A DNA stretch of 64,000 nucleotides, taken from positions 143,013,364 through 143,077,363 of the forward strand of contig NC_068984.1 in NCBI RefSeq assembly GCF_001194135.2, given 5' to 3'. Below are positions 12,248 to 25,523 of this stretch, in pieces. Each line of letters opens with the position of its first letter. The stretch's first letter is position 1. This stretch comes from Octopus bimaculoides (lineage: Eukaryota). The position numbers and the translations under genes are program-made. The notes beneath the pieces are model-generated. The model worked only from the letters and a program-made list of their open reading frames with translations. It had not been told where the DNA came from and made no database searches.

Positions 12248-12249
<2 letters not shown>
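11453..12249 (-). mobile_element. Mariner-type DNA transposon, internally deleted (N-terminal HTH region to first catalytic D), TA-flanked with diverged TIRs
   Basis: Minus frames give E*RCCIKFCQKLGGTQA*TI and CMRSVSPKFVFKLLLERQKKLRMEVA..DFMKT followed by a frameshifted IITG-NE; ends caaggtgcgttcaaat (11453) versus reverse complement cgaggtgcatccccaaat (12249). Confidence 0.85.
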
Positions 12250-12286
<37 letters not shown>

Positions 12287-13398
12287 ATGGAACAAAAACG
12301 CAATAGAAAGCATTAAAACGCTCGGATAGTTAGATGATACAAAGGCAGACAGGAAAAACAACAATTAGAAGGACAGGCAAAAGAGACTATATGTATATAT
12401 ATTCTTCTTTAAAGGATATAGATACCTCTAGAAGGGACGTCAGCTTCCAGGTTTCTTGGTTTTATCCAGTGTATCAGTGAAATACTAAAAAATGTTAGCT
12501 TCACCTTGACGGATGTGGGAATATTACCATTTATGTATAAGAAAAAGAAAAAGAAATGGAGAGATTGACATATACACATCAATTTATTGAAACAAATGCA
12601 ATTTTAAACAATATCAAACTCATGAAACCTAAAATTGTTTCCATGTCCAATCAGTTGATTCAAATTAGAAGAATTAAATTAAAGATTCATATTGAATTAT
12701 AGTTAATCGAACATTTCGTCAGGGTCCGAACTTGATAGAAAAAGGAACTACATCCCAAGGTGTCGATATGCCATTGGTAGACTCACCATTAAGTTCAGAC
12801 ATGTGCGCTTGTGCTTTCTAATATATTTAGGAAAACATAAACCGTTACTTGTGTATTTGCAACATTCTTTTAATTTATTTGTGCGAGTGCATGTGTTAAT
12901 GTGTCGAAAAACAAAAGACCGTTAGGTTGTCTAAGCGATATTTTGGTACATTTAATTGTAATTAAAAACATTTATTCCCAATTTTCATTATTACTTGTGA
13001 AAGTACGAAACGTCAACAAAGTATTTTAATCACTTAAGAATTATATTGTAAGTCACCTAGTTATAACCTCTAGTATTAATAATTAAATACTAATTTTTTG
13101 TTTTTACAATTTAAAACATAAATCATAGTTACTTTAAGTACCACACGAACATGGTAGTTGTATATTACGTCAGCAAAATGTTTTTTATATTTTATTTTTT
13201 ATTATTATATTCACTAAAAATGATTTTCTAAGCTTCTTGGTTATAATTGTTAATATTAAAAATCAAGTACTAATTTATTTAATATAATTTAAATCATAAA
13301 TATATCTGATGTTTACTGTGTACTACGTGAAGATGACGAATTCAAAAGGTATATTATTTACCATAGCTGTATACTACGTCATCAAAATTTGTGCACAA

Positions 13399-13556
13399 TA
13401 CGACGGTCTTCCAGTTTCCGCCTACCAACTTACTTACAAAGCTTTGGTCGTCCCGAGGCTATAATAGAGGACACGTGACCAAGGTGCCACGCAGCGGGAC
13501 TGAACCCGGAGCCATGTGGTATGAAAGGAAGCATCTTACTACACACAGCCTCGCCT
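13399..13556 (-). mobile_element. SINE family A, 5' half
   Basis: Reverse complement of head and CORE-like segment (ccaaggtgccacgcagcgggactgaacccgg). Confidence 0.88.
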
Positions 13557-13587
13557 ATATGTGTATGTGTGTGTGTTTATATATATC

Positions 13588-13686
<99 letters not shown>

Positions 13687-14330
13687 CTGAGGTGTCTCCA
13701 GATCACTAGCGTCAGTCGGGCTCATCACAGATTTCACATAAGGCACATGCCTGCTCATAGAATATCACATTTTCCTGCTTTGTTTCTTGCCCCAAAGAGC
13801 TTATTGTTTTTATATCTACCGCTATGTCTTTCTCGATTTCTTAGTTAAGGCTTAAAATAAAACAACCCTGCAAAACACAACTGATCTTTGCACACAGACG
13901 CACAGAATAACAGAAATCGAATAGCGACAGCGGAATGCACAGCAAACATCACCGATCTAACTGTTACCTGTACTCTTGACAGGAGTGCCAGTTAGTTTTT
14001 TTACACCTACTTGGCTCGTTCGTATTAGCACGAGCTGCTGGATAAATTTTCGTTCCTTTAAGAATATTGCAGAACGGAAACTTCTCATAGATTGGAATTT
14101 AAATACTTATTGCTAAAGAAATTTATTGTTTCAAGAAAACATTGAATTTGAATTACTTTTAATATTTACGATTATAGATAACAACTCGGGGTGTAACTTC
14201 TGAGCCCGAATCAGGCGCGTGTGGACGATGTCGAGAAAACGTCTGCTACGAATAATATTTTTTGACACAGGGCACTTCTAAGACACCGTCAGACGCTGAA
14301 TGAAAATAAATGAGGCTATAATAGAAAACA

Positions 14331-14359
14331 CTATTATTATTATTATTATTATTATTATG

Positions 14360-14413
<54 letters not shown>

Positions 14414-14515
14414 TAGTTTTATTTTTATAACATGCTTTCACTTCGCTACCGAGCGCAGCTCTGTGTGCCTTGGGTATGTGCTGTGGTTTGCTGTGATGCT
14501 CTTATGGTTACTGTT
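14331..14515 (-). mobile_element. Probable 3' UTR end of a non-LTR retroelement with (AAT)n tail (Dong/R4-like)
   Basis: About 100 bp of non-simple sequence ending, on the minus strand, in aaaataaaactactg(aat)n; clade assignment is inference from the tail type only. Confidence 0.4.
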
Positions 14516-14639
14516 ATAATAATAATAATAATAATGATAATAATAATAATTATTATTATTATTATTATCATTATTATTATTATTATCATTAAATATTGGC
14601 TCAAGTGAGTGGAGAGAGGGAATCGTCAATTACAGCGAT

Positions 14640-14765
14640 CATACCTTATCGAAAGAATGAAAGGCAAAACCGTCCCCGGTGGGATTTGAACTCGGTACAT
14701 TAAGAGCCGGAACAAATAGTGATAAGGCTTTCTTCTCCGTCCAGTCTCCTTCTGCCAATCCACAG
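14640..14765 (-). mobile_element. SINE family B fragment
   Basis: gaaagaatgaaaggcaaa..ggtgggatttgaactc matches the reverse-complement copies at 60880-61305. Confidence 0.7.
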
Positions 14766-15796
14766 ACCATTGCATAATAATAATAATAATGATGATTATG
14801 ATGATGATGATAATTAGGAAGGTGGCGATAATAATGACGGGGAAGTTGGTAAATGTTTGTTGATGTGCAGCTTGCTTTGGACGTAAACATGTTGATTCAA
14901 ACATTTGTTGGATGTAGGTGTGATTATGGTGGNNNNNNNNNNNNNNNNNNNNNNNNNNNNNNNNNNNNNNNNNNNNNNNNNNNNNNNNNNNNNNNNNNNN
15001 NNNNNNNNNNNNNNNNNNNNNNNNNNNNNNNNNNNNNNNNNNNNNNNNNNNNNNNNNNNNNNGTAGTAGTAGTAGTAGTAGTAGTAGATGTGTAGTTGTT
15101 GTTGGTGGTGGTGGTGATAGTGGTGGAGGTGGCGGCGGTGGTGGTGATGGGGTGGGGGTGGCGGCGGCGATGCTTGTTTTGATGATATGAGGTTTGCATG
15201 GAATTGGATGGTTGCTGGTGGTGGATGAATGTAATGATGTTAGCAGAGGCGGCGGCGGCGGTACAAGGACTGAGGTGACCTTAGACATCGTTGCTCTCAT
15301 GGTTGCATTGATTGATGTTTATAACAGTAGTATCCGTGGTGGTGGTGGTGGTGGTGGTGAAACTAGTATTGGTGGAAGTAGTGGTGGTGGTGGTGGTGGT
15401 AGTGGCGTTTGTGGCAGTGTTGGTGGTAGTGCTAACTGTAGTGATATTAATTATTGTTGCTATCATTGTTGTGGTAGTGGCGGTAGTAGCAGTATGACGG
15501 TAGTAGGAGTAGTGGTGGAAGTAATGGTAGTGGTGGTAGTGAGGGTGGTAGTAGTGGTTGCCGTAATGATGGTGATTGTGTCGATGTTGATACCGGCGGT
15601 AGCGGTAGTGTTGATTCCGTGTGGTTGTGGTGATGGTGGTGACGCTTGTTGAAATCCGTAGTTGCGGCAGCGATGGCAGCGATTATTCCTGTGAAGATAT
15701 TCATGGTGAAAGTGATAATGTGGGTGGCAATGGGGTGGTAGAAGGTGGAGTTGAGTGGAGCAATTATGTTGGTGGTGCTGATGATAAAAGGTGATG

Positions 15797-16030
15797 TTTA
15801 GGGTGATGATGGTTGGGGTAGGAACGATGGAGGTGTGATGGTGGCGGTATTTAAGGTGATGATGGAGACGGTTATGGTGGGGGCATTTAAGGTGATGATG
15901 GTTAGGGTAGGAACGATGCAGATGGTGATGGTGGCGCTATTTGAGGTGATGATGGAGGTAGTGATGGTGGCGGCATTTAAGGTGATGATGGTTAGGGTAG
16001 GGGTGATGGAGTTGGTGATGGTGGGGGGTA
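15797..16030. repeat. Higher-order 90-bp tandem repeat (54+36 bp subunits, about 2.5 copies)
   Basis: Each subunit starts ttta/gaggtgatgatgg; alternating 54 and 36 nt; first unit has a 1-bp deletion. Confidence 0.75.
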
Positions 16031-16332
16031 AATCCAGTGTAGTACTAAAGAGTGGGTGGAGCAGTAGTTTGTGACGCGGTAGCAATTTTGGTAATAGTTG
16101 TTGTGTAACTTCCTTTGGAGATGTCGAGTTAATGGGTTTGGTTTGCAAACTATGGAAATAAATAAATAAATAACTAGGTGTACGCTCATACAAACACACG
16201 CAAAGAGACTAACATACGCAGGCAAGACACATACAGATACAAACACACACACACATTTATTTATATATGTGTGTAACTGTCTGTATATACATAGATGTTT
16301 ACTTACATACATAAATGTGTGTGTGTATAGAA

Positions 16333-16369
<37 letters not shown>

Positions 16370-16952
16370 CGTGTGTATGTATATATATATACATACATAC
16401 ATACGTACATACATACCTGCATACATAAGTGTGAAAAGAGAACAACTAGCTGTGCATACACCAGTTCACATGCATGTATGTAAGCAAGTATATGTTTGTG
16501 TATGTATGTATGTATCTATATATATACAGACATACATACACACTCACGTATGGATTTTCACATAAATGAATATATATGTATTTCGTTGTGAGTGTGGTCA
16601 TATTCGCCTGCATACACACATATTTATGATACCATAGATGTGCATACACACATGTATATACCGATGCTTATACATGAACACCGATACGCACACTCACAAA
16701 CAAACAACTGCAGATTCACATACATACGTACACACATACATACACGCACACATACATACATACATACATACATAAACATACATACATACATACATACATA
16801 CATACAAACACACGAACACATTTGGTGAGAAACTTTTGGTTCGAATTTACGCGCCGTTCACAAACCCGTCTTTGGTCGGCTGAACAAAAGTCTTCAAGCT
16901 GGAATGGAACATCCAACAGCGTGACTGCTCTCCACACTTCAATGGACACAAG

Positions 16953-17645
16953 CGAGTTCAGCGAAGCGTGGATTTCCTGTAAATAACCACCACCATAACT
17001 TTCATTCTGCTCAACTTGCTTGCTAGGTTGTCTCACCTGAAATGCTGTGTCACTGATGGTGTCGACGGCGGCGGCATTGGTGGTGGCAGCGTCGGTGGTG
17101 GTGGTGGTGGTGGTGGTGGTGGTGAAGGTATGTGGAGATTGCGCCGATGGTTGATGTTGTTTATGAGGGGGTGGGTGCATCCTGTGGTTGTGGTGGCGGC
17201 GTTTGTTGGTCGGTCGGTCGNNNNNNNNNNNNNNNNNNNNNNNNNNNNNNNNNNNNNNNNNNNNNNNNNNNNNNNNNNNNNNNNNNNNNNNNNNNNNNNN
17301 NNNNNNNNNNNNNNNNNNNNNNNNNNNNNNNNNNNNNNNNNNNNNNNNNNNNNNNNNNNNNNNNNNNNNNNNNNNNNNNNNNNNNNNNNNNNNNNNNNNN
17401 NNNNNNNNNNNNNNNNNNNNNNNNNNNNNNNNNNNNNNNNNNNNNNNNNNNNNNNNNNNNNNNNNNNNNNNNCGAGTTCAGCGAAGCGTGGATTTCCTGT
17501 AAATAACCACCACCATAACTTTCATTCTGCTCAACTTGCTTGCTAGGTTGTCTCACCTGAAATGCTGTGTCACTGATGGTGTCGACGGCGGCGGCATTGG
17601 TGGTGGCAGCGTCGGTGGTGGTGGTGGTGGTGGTGGTGGTGGTGA
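16953..17645. repeat. Identical 173-bp direct duplication (16953-17125 = 17473-17645) spanning a gap
   Basis: Exact match including the GGT repeat count; second copy begins right at the gap edge. Confidence 0.9.
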
Positions 17646-18209
17646 TTTTGCCGGTGATTGTGGTGAGGTTACAATTGGCAATGGAGGTAGTATATGTAGT
17701 AGTGATGATATTGCTACTACTGATGAAGATGATGATGAAGATGATGATGATGATGATGACGATGATGATGACGACGATGATGACGACGATGATGACGATG
17801 ATGATGACGATGATGATGATGATGTTGATGGTGATGATGATGATGGTAATTTTAGAAGAGTTCTAGTGGGGCTGGAAGTTGATGTCCTGGTGAAGGTCCA
17901 GTGCTTGGGGCCGGGGGAGAGATTAGTGGTGGGGTTTCTGAATATCTTTGATATAGCGTCAGGTATGATGGAATGTTGTTAGTGGTTGTGTTGGGATGTG
18001 GGTGGTGGACGGGATGGTGGGATTGTGGTGGCGGTGGTGGTGGTGATGGGGGTGTCGATGGTGATGGTGTAGGTGGTGTCGCTGCTGCTGAAGCTGGTGC
18101 TGATGCTGGTGGCGGCGGTAGTGGTTGTGGTATCTGATGGTTATGAACATTTAGTTTTTGATGTTGTTTACGTGTGGGATGTAGCGTAAGGATAGTCGTG
18201 TAAGTCTCT

Positions 18210-18271
<62 letters not shown>

Positions 18272-18496
18272 ATGGTGACCTGAAGATGGGATATGAAAAT
18301 ATAACAGAGTAAGAAAGAGAGAAATAGGTGAAGATAAAGATGTTGACTCAACTGGAGCGGTTCATTGAAGAATTGCGAAAGATAGAATGCATGGAGAAAG
18401 AGATGCGAACGAATAGAGCAGCATATGGATAGGCAGAGAAGTGTATACGGAGAAGTGTTTGTATTCTCATATATATATACGCGTAATTAATTAAGG

Positions 18497-18590
18497 TGCA
18501 AGACAACGCAAAAACTGTTACTCAGAGTTTCACGTTCCCGACGGACGGGAACGGGAAACTCTGAGTAAAAGTTTTCGTGATGTCTTTGCA
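18497..18590. repeat. 94-bp imperfect palindrome made of two inverted HHR-like units
   Basis: tgcaagacaacgcaaaaactgttactcagagtttcacgttcccg-acgga-cgggaacgggaaactctgagtaaaagttttcgtgatgtctttgca. Confidence 0.9.
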
Positions 18591-18676
18591 GCTTTATATA
18601 TAAAACATATTACTCTACCTCCTGTATTCGAGTACTACTTTTTCCATCCTACTACACATTTATATGTTTAATCTGG

Positions 18677-18711
<35 letters not shown>

Positions 18712-18713
<2 letters not shown>

Positions 18714-18790
18714 GAGAATGTACGAAAAAACAACAACAGACGAGGACAGGTGGTGTAAACAACAAAAGGATGTATTAGTATGACGCTCGA
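18712..18790 (-). mobile_element. Second partial copy of the 3740-3905 repeat
   Basis: Reverse complement of gagcgtcatactaat..tttacaccacctgtcctcgtctgttgtt..ttctccc. Confidence 0.85.
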
Positions 18791-18792
18791 GA

Positions 18793-18849
<57 letters not shown>

Positions 18850-19024
18850 GACAAGCACACCGGCCATCGAGTTCCACCGGCCATCGAGTCCAAAGAGTCC
18901 AACGAGTGACTTCTACCGCTAAGAACTTTAGAGGTGCGAAACCAATGGTCAATCTGACCGTCCATAACCAACGTCCATTTAAGTATATCGTATGTGTACG
19001 TATGTGTTTATGTATGTATGTATG

Positions 19025-19118
19025 TAGGTAGGTAAGTAGTTAGGTAGGTAGGTAGGTAGGTAGGTAGGTAGGTAGGTAAGTAGTTAGGTAGGTAGTTAAG
19101 TAGGTAGGTAGGTAGGTG
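19025..19118. repeat. (TAGG)n microsatellite
   Basis: Direct inspection. Confidence 0.95.
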
Positions 19119-19814
19119 TAAGTACCAATACGCATAATTTAAGCAAATAACTCACAGTTACCAGTGGCATGTGTTTGAAGAAATATAAGTACATCAAATT
19201 CCATTAAGAGATAGGCAGGTATGTAGCTAGATAGATAGACAGTAAAAGAGCATCAGTAAGACGAGAAGGCGTATACGTAGACATACGTGCATGTGTTTGT
19301 GCATGTATGTGTGTGTGTGTGTGTTTGTGCGTGCGTGTGCGTGTTTGATGTGTGCATGTAGATTTATGTATATATGTCAAATTATATACATTACACTGAA
19401 AGACTACACAATACTTTTTAGTACAGGATGTTTTCATGAAACCTTTTGGGTTGCATCTCTTCGTCAGACTGTGCTAGATTGTACTTGAACGTTTAGGCTA
19501 TATAGTTAATGTTAGCCGATACTACCTGGTCTGATGTGCGAATCGCGATATGGTTTACAGTTCTGTTAATTGTGGAGGCAATTCTGTAAGGAACTGTGTC
19601 AAATGCAGGTCAGATTACTCTTACTTCGATCAGTTGGATTTTGTACCTGTGTGTGTGGGTGATGTGTGTGTGTGGATTTCGGTGGGTGCGTGTGGGTGTG
19701 TGAGTGCGTGCATGTGTTAGTATGTCCTTTAGGGTTCTGAAAAGAATTGTTTGCATCGGAAGTAGTTGGCAACCCAGCTTACATACGTTATGAATACGTA
19801 TATCTATCTATTAA

Positions 19815-19857
<43 letters not shown>

Positions 19858-21293
19858 NNNNNNNNNNNNNNNNNNNNNNNNNNNNNNNNNNNNNNNNNNN
19901 NNNNNNNNNNNNNNNNNNNNNNNNNNNNNNNNNNNNNNNNNNNNNNNNNNNNNNNNNNNNNNNNNNNNNNNNNNNNNNNNNNNNNNNNNNNNNNNNNNNN
20001 NNNNNNNNNNNNNNNNNNNNNNNNNNNNNNNNNNNNNNNNNNNNNNNNNNNNNNNNNNNNNNNNNNNNNNNNNNNNNNNNNNNNNNNNNNNNNNNNNNNN
20101 NNNNNNNNNNNNNNNNNNNNNNNNNNNNNNNNNATATATATATATATATATATATACATATATATACTCATATACATACATATACTTTCAAACATAGAAG
20201 CAATATATATGTGATGGGCTTCCGCACCCTTCAGGGTTTGACCGACAAGACATTGATCAGCCTGAAAATATAAAAGTAGAATCAAACGCAACCGCTATTC
20301 CGAGGCAGTAAACAACTGGGAAAGGCCAAAGAATTGGTCAAACTTTACAGTTCTACAATGAAGAAATGAATATATTCTATCCGTACATTACACGTTCATT
20401 AATTTAGATTTCAGCTTTATATCAAGGAACATTAATTTCAATGTGCTGCCACTGCTCCTTCAGTCTACATTTGGATCTTTGGTATTATGATAATCTAGGG
20501 TATCAATAAATTGATAAAGGTGATAGGGTTACAGTAATTTTCATATATGTATGTGAATATTCATATACATATAGGTTTCTATCTATCTGACTTTTTCTCT
20601 CTTTATATGATATAGGCATGGATGTTTATGTGTGTGGGGGGCTGCGTGCGTGTATCAGAAACTACTGTAATGTGATGAAGTGTATGATAACATTTCTTAT
20701 TCCCTCGCCATTTCATTTCATATCTATATCTTTATCTATATCTATATACATGTATATATATATATATGCGTGTGTGCGTATTTCCGTGTGTATATACATG
20801 TTCACACAAACATATTTATGCATATACACACACATATATATATATACATATAGAGATAGAGAGAGAGAAAGAGAGAGAAAGTGCACAATAGAAAGGTGAA
20901 CATCCTAGTGATTCTGTAGAAAATGGTTCAGTCGCATTCACAGAGTTAAGGAGAAAGTCAGTCATGAAAAGTGCGAGGGAGAAGAGAAAAGACAAACAGA
21001 TTGACAGGGAACCAGAGAGAGAGGGGGAGGAAAGGGAGGGAAGGAAAATGGCAGAAGACAAGAATGTGTATGGGATATACATTCGAGTTTTCAAAGATGG
21101 AAACACCTGGACTCCGTAGAGAGATTATGGAGAGTGATACAGGCGCTGTGTACAGCAAAGGTGAGATAACTTTGATTGAATGCACAGGTTCCCTGTACTT
21201 TTGTAACGAAGGGATTGCTTCGAATATCTCTCTGTCTCCCTGCTCATTTCTGAATTTATCTCTAATTATCCCTTACCACGTCTCTTTCTTTCC

Positions 21294-21328
<35 letters not shown>

Positions 21329-21537
21329 GATTTTCTCTCCCTCACTCTCTTCCCGTCGTTCCCCCTCGGCTAAAGTACCTCTCTGGGGGTTTTCTATGTC
21401 TCTCATTCTCACACGCTTTGTCTGTCCGTCTATCTGCCTGTCTCTCCCCCTCTCTTGCCTCCTCCCTCTCTCTCTTTCTCTATATGTACTTATATAAACA
21501 TTTATGTGTACATATATATACATACATACATATATCC

Positions 21538-21577
<40 letters not shown>

Positions 21578-22301
21578 NNNNNNNNNNNNNNNNNNNNNNN
21601 NNNNNNNNNNNNNNNNNNNNNNNNNNNNNNNNNNNNNNNNNNNNNNNNNNNNNNNNNNNNNNNNNNNNNNNNNNNNNNNNNNNNNNNNNNNNNNNNNNNN
21701 NNNNNNNNNNNNNNNNNNNNNNNNNNNNNNNNNNNNNNNNNNNNNNNNNNNNNNNNNNNNNNNNNNNNNNNNNNNNNNNNNNNNNNNNNNNNNNNNNNNN
21801 NNNNNNNNNNNNNNNNNNNNNNNNNNNNNNNNNNNNNNNNNNNNNNNNNNNNNNNNNNNNNNNNNNNNNNNNNNNNNNNNNNNNNNNNNNNNNNNNNNNN
21901 NNNNNNNNNNNNNNNNNNNNNNNNNNNNNNNNNNNNNNNNNNNNNNNNNNNNNNNNNNNNNNNNNNNNNNNNNNNNNNNNNNNNNNNNNNNNNNNNNNNN
22001 NNNNNNNNNNNNNNNNNNNNNNNNNNNNNNNNNNNNNNNNNNNNNNNNNNNNNNNNNNNNNNNNNNNNNNNNNNNNNNNNNNNNNNNNNNNNNNNNNNNN
22101 NNNNNNNNNNNNNNNNNNNNNNNNNNNNNNNNNNNNNNNNNNNNNNNNNNNNNNNNNNNNNNNNNNNNNNNNNNNNNNNNNNNNNNNNNNNNNNNNNNNN
22201 NNNNNNNNNNNNNNNNNNNNNNNNNNNNNNNNNNNNNNNNNNNNNNNNNNNNNNNNNNNNNNNNNNNNNNNNNNNNNNNNNNNNNNNNNNNNNNNNNNNN
22301 N

Positions 22302-22333
<32 letters not shown>

Positions 22334-22920
22334 GCTAGAGGTAGAGTGGAAGAGCGAAGGGGGAGCAATGAAACAAAAACACATCAACAAAGGAAATAAA
22401 CAAATGGTGGAGGGAGGGTTTTAGGAGAAGAAACGTAAAAAAAAAGTTGAAGAATAAAGTGTTAAGTGGCAATTCTGGGGTAGAATGGTGTGGTGACCAG
22501 AAAATGGTGTAGTGTAGGGTGGCTGCAGATGTTGGAATGCGGAGGAGCAGAAGTTCAACGAAGCAAGGTGAATCCTGGATGAAATGAGAAAGTTTTCAAA
22601 GCAAGACACGCCACCATTCCTAACGTGTGAAGTTATAGTGTTTGATCAAAGCGGATTCCTGGGAAACCGTTTCAAGCAAAGAAAAATTTGGAAGCAGTTA
22701 GATTACGGTATGGTCGATTGGTGGGTGGGTGGGTTGGTGAGTTGGTGGGCTGGTAGTGGTAGTGTTAGTGATGGTGGTTGAGGTGGTGTTGGCTGGAGGT
22801 TGTTGCTCATGGTGGTGGTTGATGAGAAATGAAAACATCAAGATACAAACAAATATAAGTCTGTGCGCGTGTATGATATGGGGAACTTATGTATGTATGT
22901 ATGTGTATATATATATGTAT

Positions 22921-22959
<39 letters not shown>

Positions 22960-23342
22960 NNNNNNNNNNNNNNNNNNNNNNNNNNNNNNNNNNNNNNNNN
23001 NNNNNNNNNNNNNNNNNNNNNNNNNNNNNNNNNNNNNNNNNNNNNNNNNNNNNNNNNNNNNNNNNNNNNNNNNNNNNNNNNNNNNNNNNNNNNNNNNNNN
23101 NNNNNNNNNNNNNNNNNNNNNNNNNNNNNNNNNNNNNNNNNNNNNNNNNNNNNNNNNNNNNNNNNNNNNNNNNNNNNNNNNNNNNNNNNNNNNNNNNNNN
23201 NNNNNNNNNNNNNNNNNNNNNNNNNNNNNNNNNNNNNNNNNNNNNNNNNNNNNNNNNNNNNNNNNNNNNNNNNNNNNNNNNNNNNNNNNNNNNNNNNNNN
23301 NNNNNNNNNNNNNNNNNNNNNNNNNNNNNNNNNNNNNNNNNN

Positions 23343-23377
<35 letters not shown>

Positions 23378-24036
23378 ATACATGCATATAAAATGCATAT
23401 ATGTATATATATATATTGCATATATATATGTATGTTCATATATCTATGCATATATATCATATATATATATACGCATATATACGTACATGTCTATAGACAC
23501 ACACATAAATATATATATATATTTATATACTCACACAACGCACACACACATATACATATATATATTTCTGTATTATATGAGGGTATGTATATATTTATAC
23601 ATGTGTTTCTATGTAAGTACGCATGTGTGTGCATATACACTCTCTTCATATTGTATATATCTTTAAAAGAAACGATGATACATGTAGATTAGAGTTGGGT
23701 GTTTATGTGTGAATGTGTGTATAGAGGTATGTATACGCACCCTTCCGCGTTGTTACATATACACCCGCACACAAAATACACACATATATATAGATAAATA
23801 CACATACATACACACATATATATATAAATATACAAACATAGATACATATTTTTGTGTATATGTATATGAATACACACACATATATGTATGCATATACATA
23901 TATATAGTGTATACATTCTAGTATATCACACTGTATATAGACTTGTATTATATCACTATATATTTACGGATGTCTGTATACGTATATATATATACACACG
24001 CATACGCACATATTCACACGGACACACATACGCACA

Positions 24037-24103
<67 letters not shown>

Positions 24104-24743
24104 GTATGTGTGTATATATACATATCTTTGCATCTGTAGTGTGTGTGTGTGTGTGTGTGTGTGCGTGTGTAAGTGTGTGTTTGTTTCAATGTCTGCGTGT
24201 TACGAAACACAGATATTCCATGTGAGGTAAGGACATGCTTGGGAGGTTTCTTCACTTTACTCAAGATTTCTCCATGCTTCACTCAACACGATCGGGAAAT
24301 TCACCTCTGATTTAATTTGGGACAAAATATTTTATTTCTCTATCTATCTATCTATCTATCTATCTGTTTGTGTGTGTGTATATATCTATCTATCTATCGA
24401 CCACTCTATGTATCCATGAAATAATAATATATATCACTATATCTATGCATCTACCTGCCTCTCTACCTGCTGCCGAAATTCCTGGTTATCTATATATCCA
24501 CCTAATTTGTTAGGATTTCACTAAAATCTCTCTACCTATATTTCTTTCCTTCTATCTTCAATTTACTGCATTCCTCACCCTCTCTCTCCTTCTTTTCAAT
24601 TATACATACTTACCTACATACATAAATATATATATGTATAAATATATAAGTTGTATATATATAGATATATATATATACATCATATTTACGTAGGTATATC
24701 AATATGTATGCATACGTACACACGCACATACACACAAATATAG

Positions 24744-24784
<41 letters not shown>

Positions 24785-24988
24785 CATATACATTATAGCG
24801 GTCTTTGTGGTCTAGGTATAAAGATGAAAAGAATATATTCAAATACATTGACATTGTGCAATAACGTAGTAAATATACAGAGACACATGTCGAGAAACAC
24901 ACGCACACACACAGACACACACACAAACTCGCAGATTAATCAGAAACAAGAAATGATATATGAACTTGTGTATGTTCGTATGTATATG

Positions 24989-25035
<47 letters not shown>

Positions 25036-25523
25036 NNNNNNNNNNNNNNNNNNNNNNNNNNNNNNNNNNNNNNNNNNNNNNNNNNNNNNNNNNNNNNNNN
25101 NNNNNNNNNNNNNNNNNNNNNNNNNNNNNNNNNNNNNNNNNNNNNNNNNNNNNNNNNNNNNNNNNNNNNNNNNNNNNNNNNNNNNNNNNNNNNNNNNNNN
25201 NNNNNNNNNNNNNNNNNNNNNNNNNNNNNNNNNNNNNNNNNNNNNNNNNNNNNNNNNNNNNNNNNNNNNNNNNNNNNNNNNNNNNNNNNNNNNNNNNNNN
25301 NNNNNNNNNNNNNNNNNNNNNNNNNNNNNNNNNNNNTTTTTTTTTTTTTTTTTTTTGTAATTATCTGAAATACCTATTTCCGTCGACGTTGTTCAAATAC
25401 AAGTCACTGGCGGCTAGCCTTAGTTAATTTCTTTTGTGCATTTTTGTTGAAATTGTGTAAATTAGAAAGTGTTTTCCAAAAGTGCATTTGAGACACTTAT
25501 TAATCACAAAGACGAATAAATCT

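Larger units (their letters stand above)
14850..18150. repeat. Cryptically simple (GGT/GAT/GTA)-rich low-complexity domain
   Basis: Degenerate trinucleotide sequence giving poly-G/V/T/P/H/D ORFs on both strands. Confidence 0.85.

Noticed and set aside
17536-17982. 148-aa poly-G/poly-D ORF
   Set aside because: (GGT)n and (GAT/GAC)n arrays lack stops on both strands; the start lies in the duplicated gap-edge segment
18858-18910. Short direct repeats caccggccatcgagt x2 resembling a CRISPR-like pattern
   Set aside because: Two adjacent 15-bp units with a 2-bp spacer in a eukaryotic genome; simple slippage duplication
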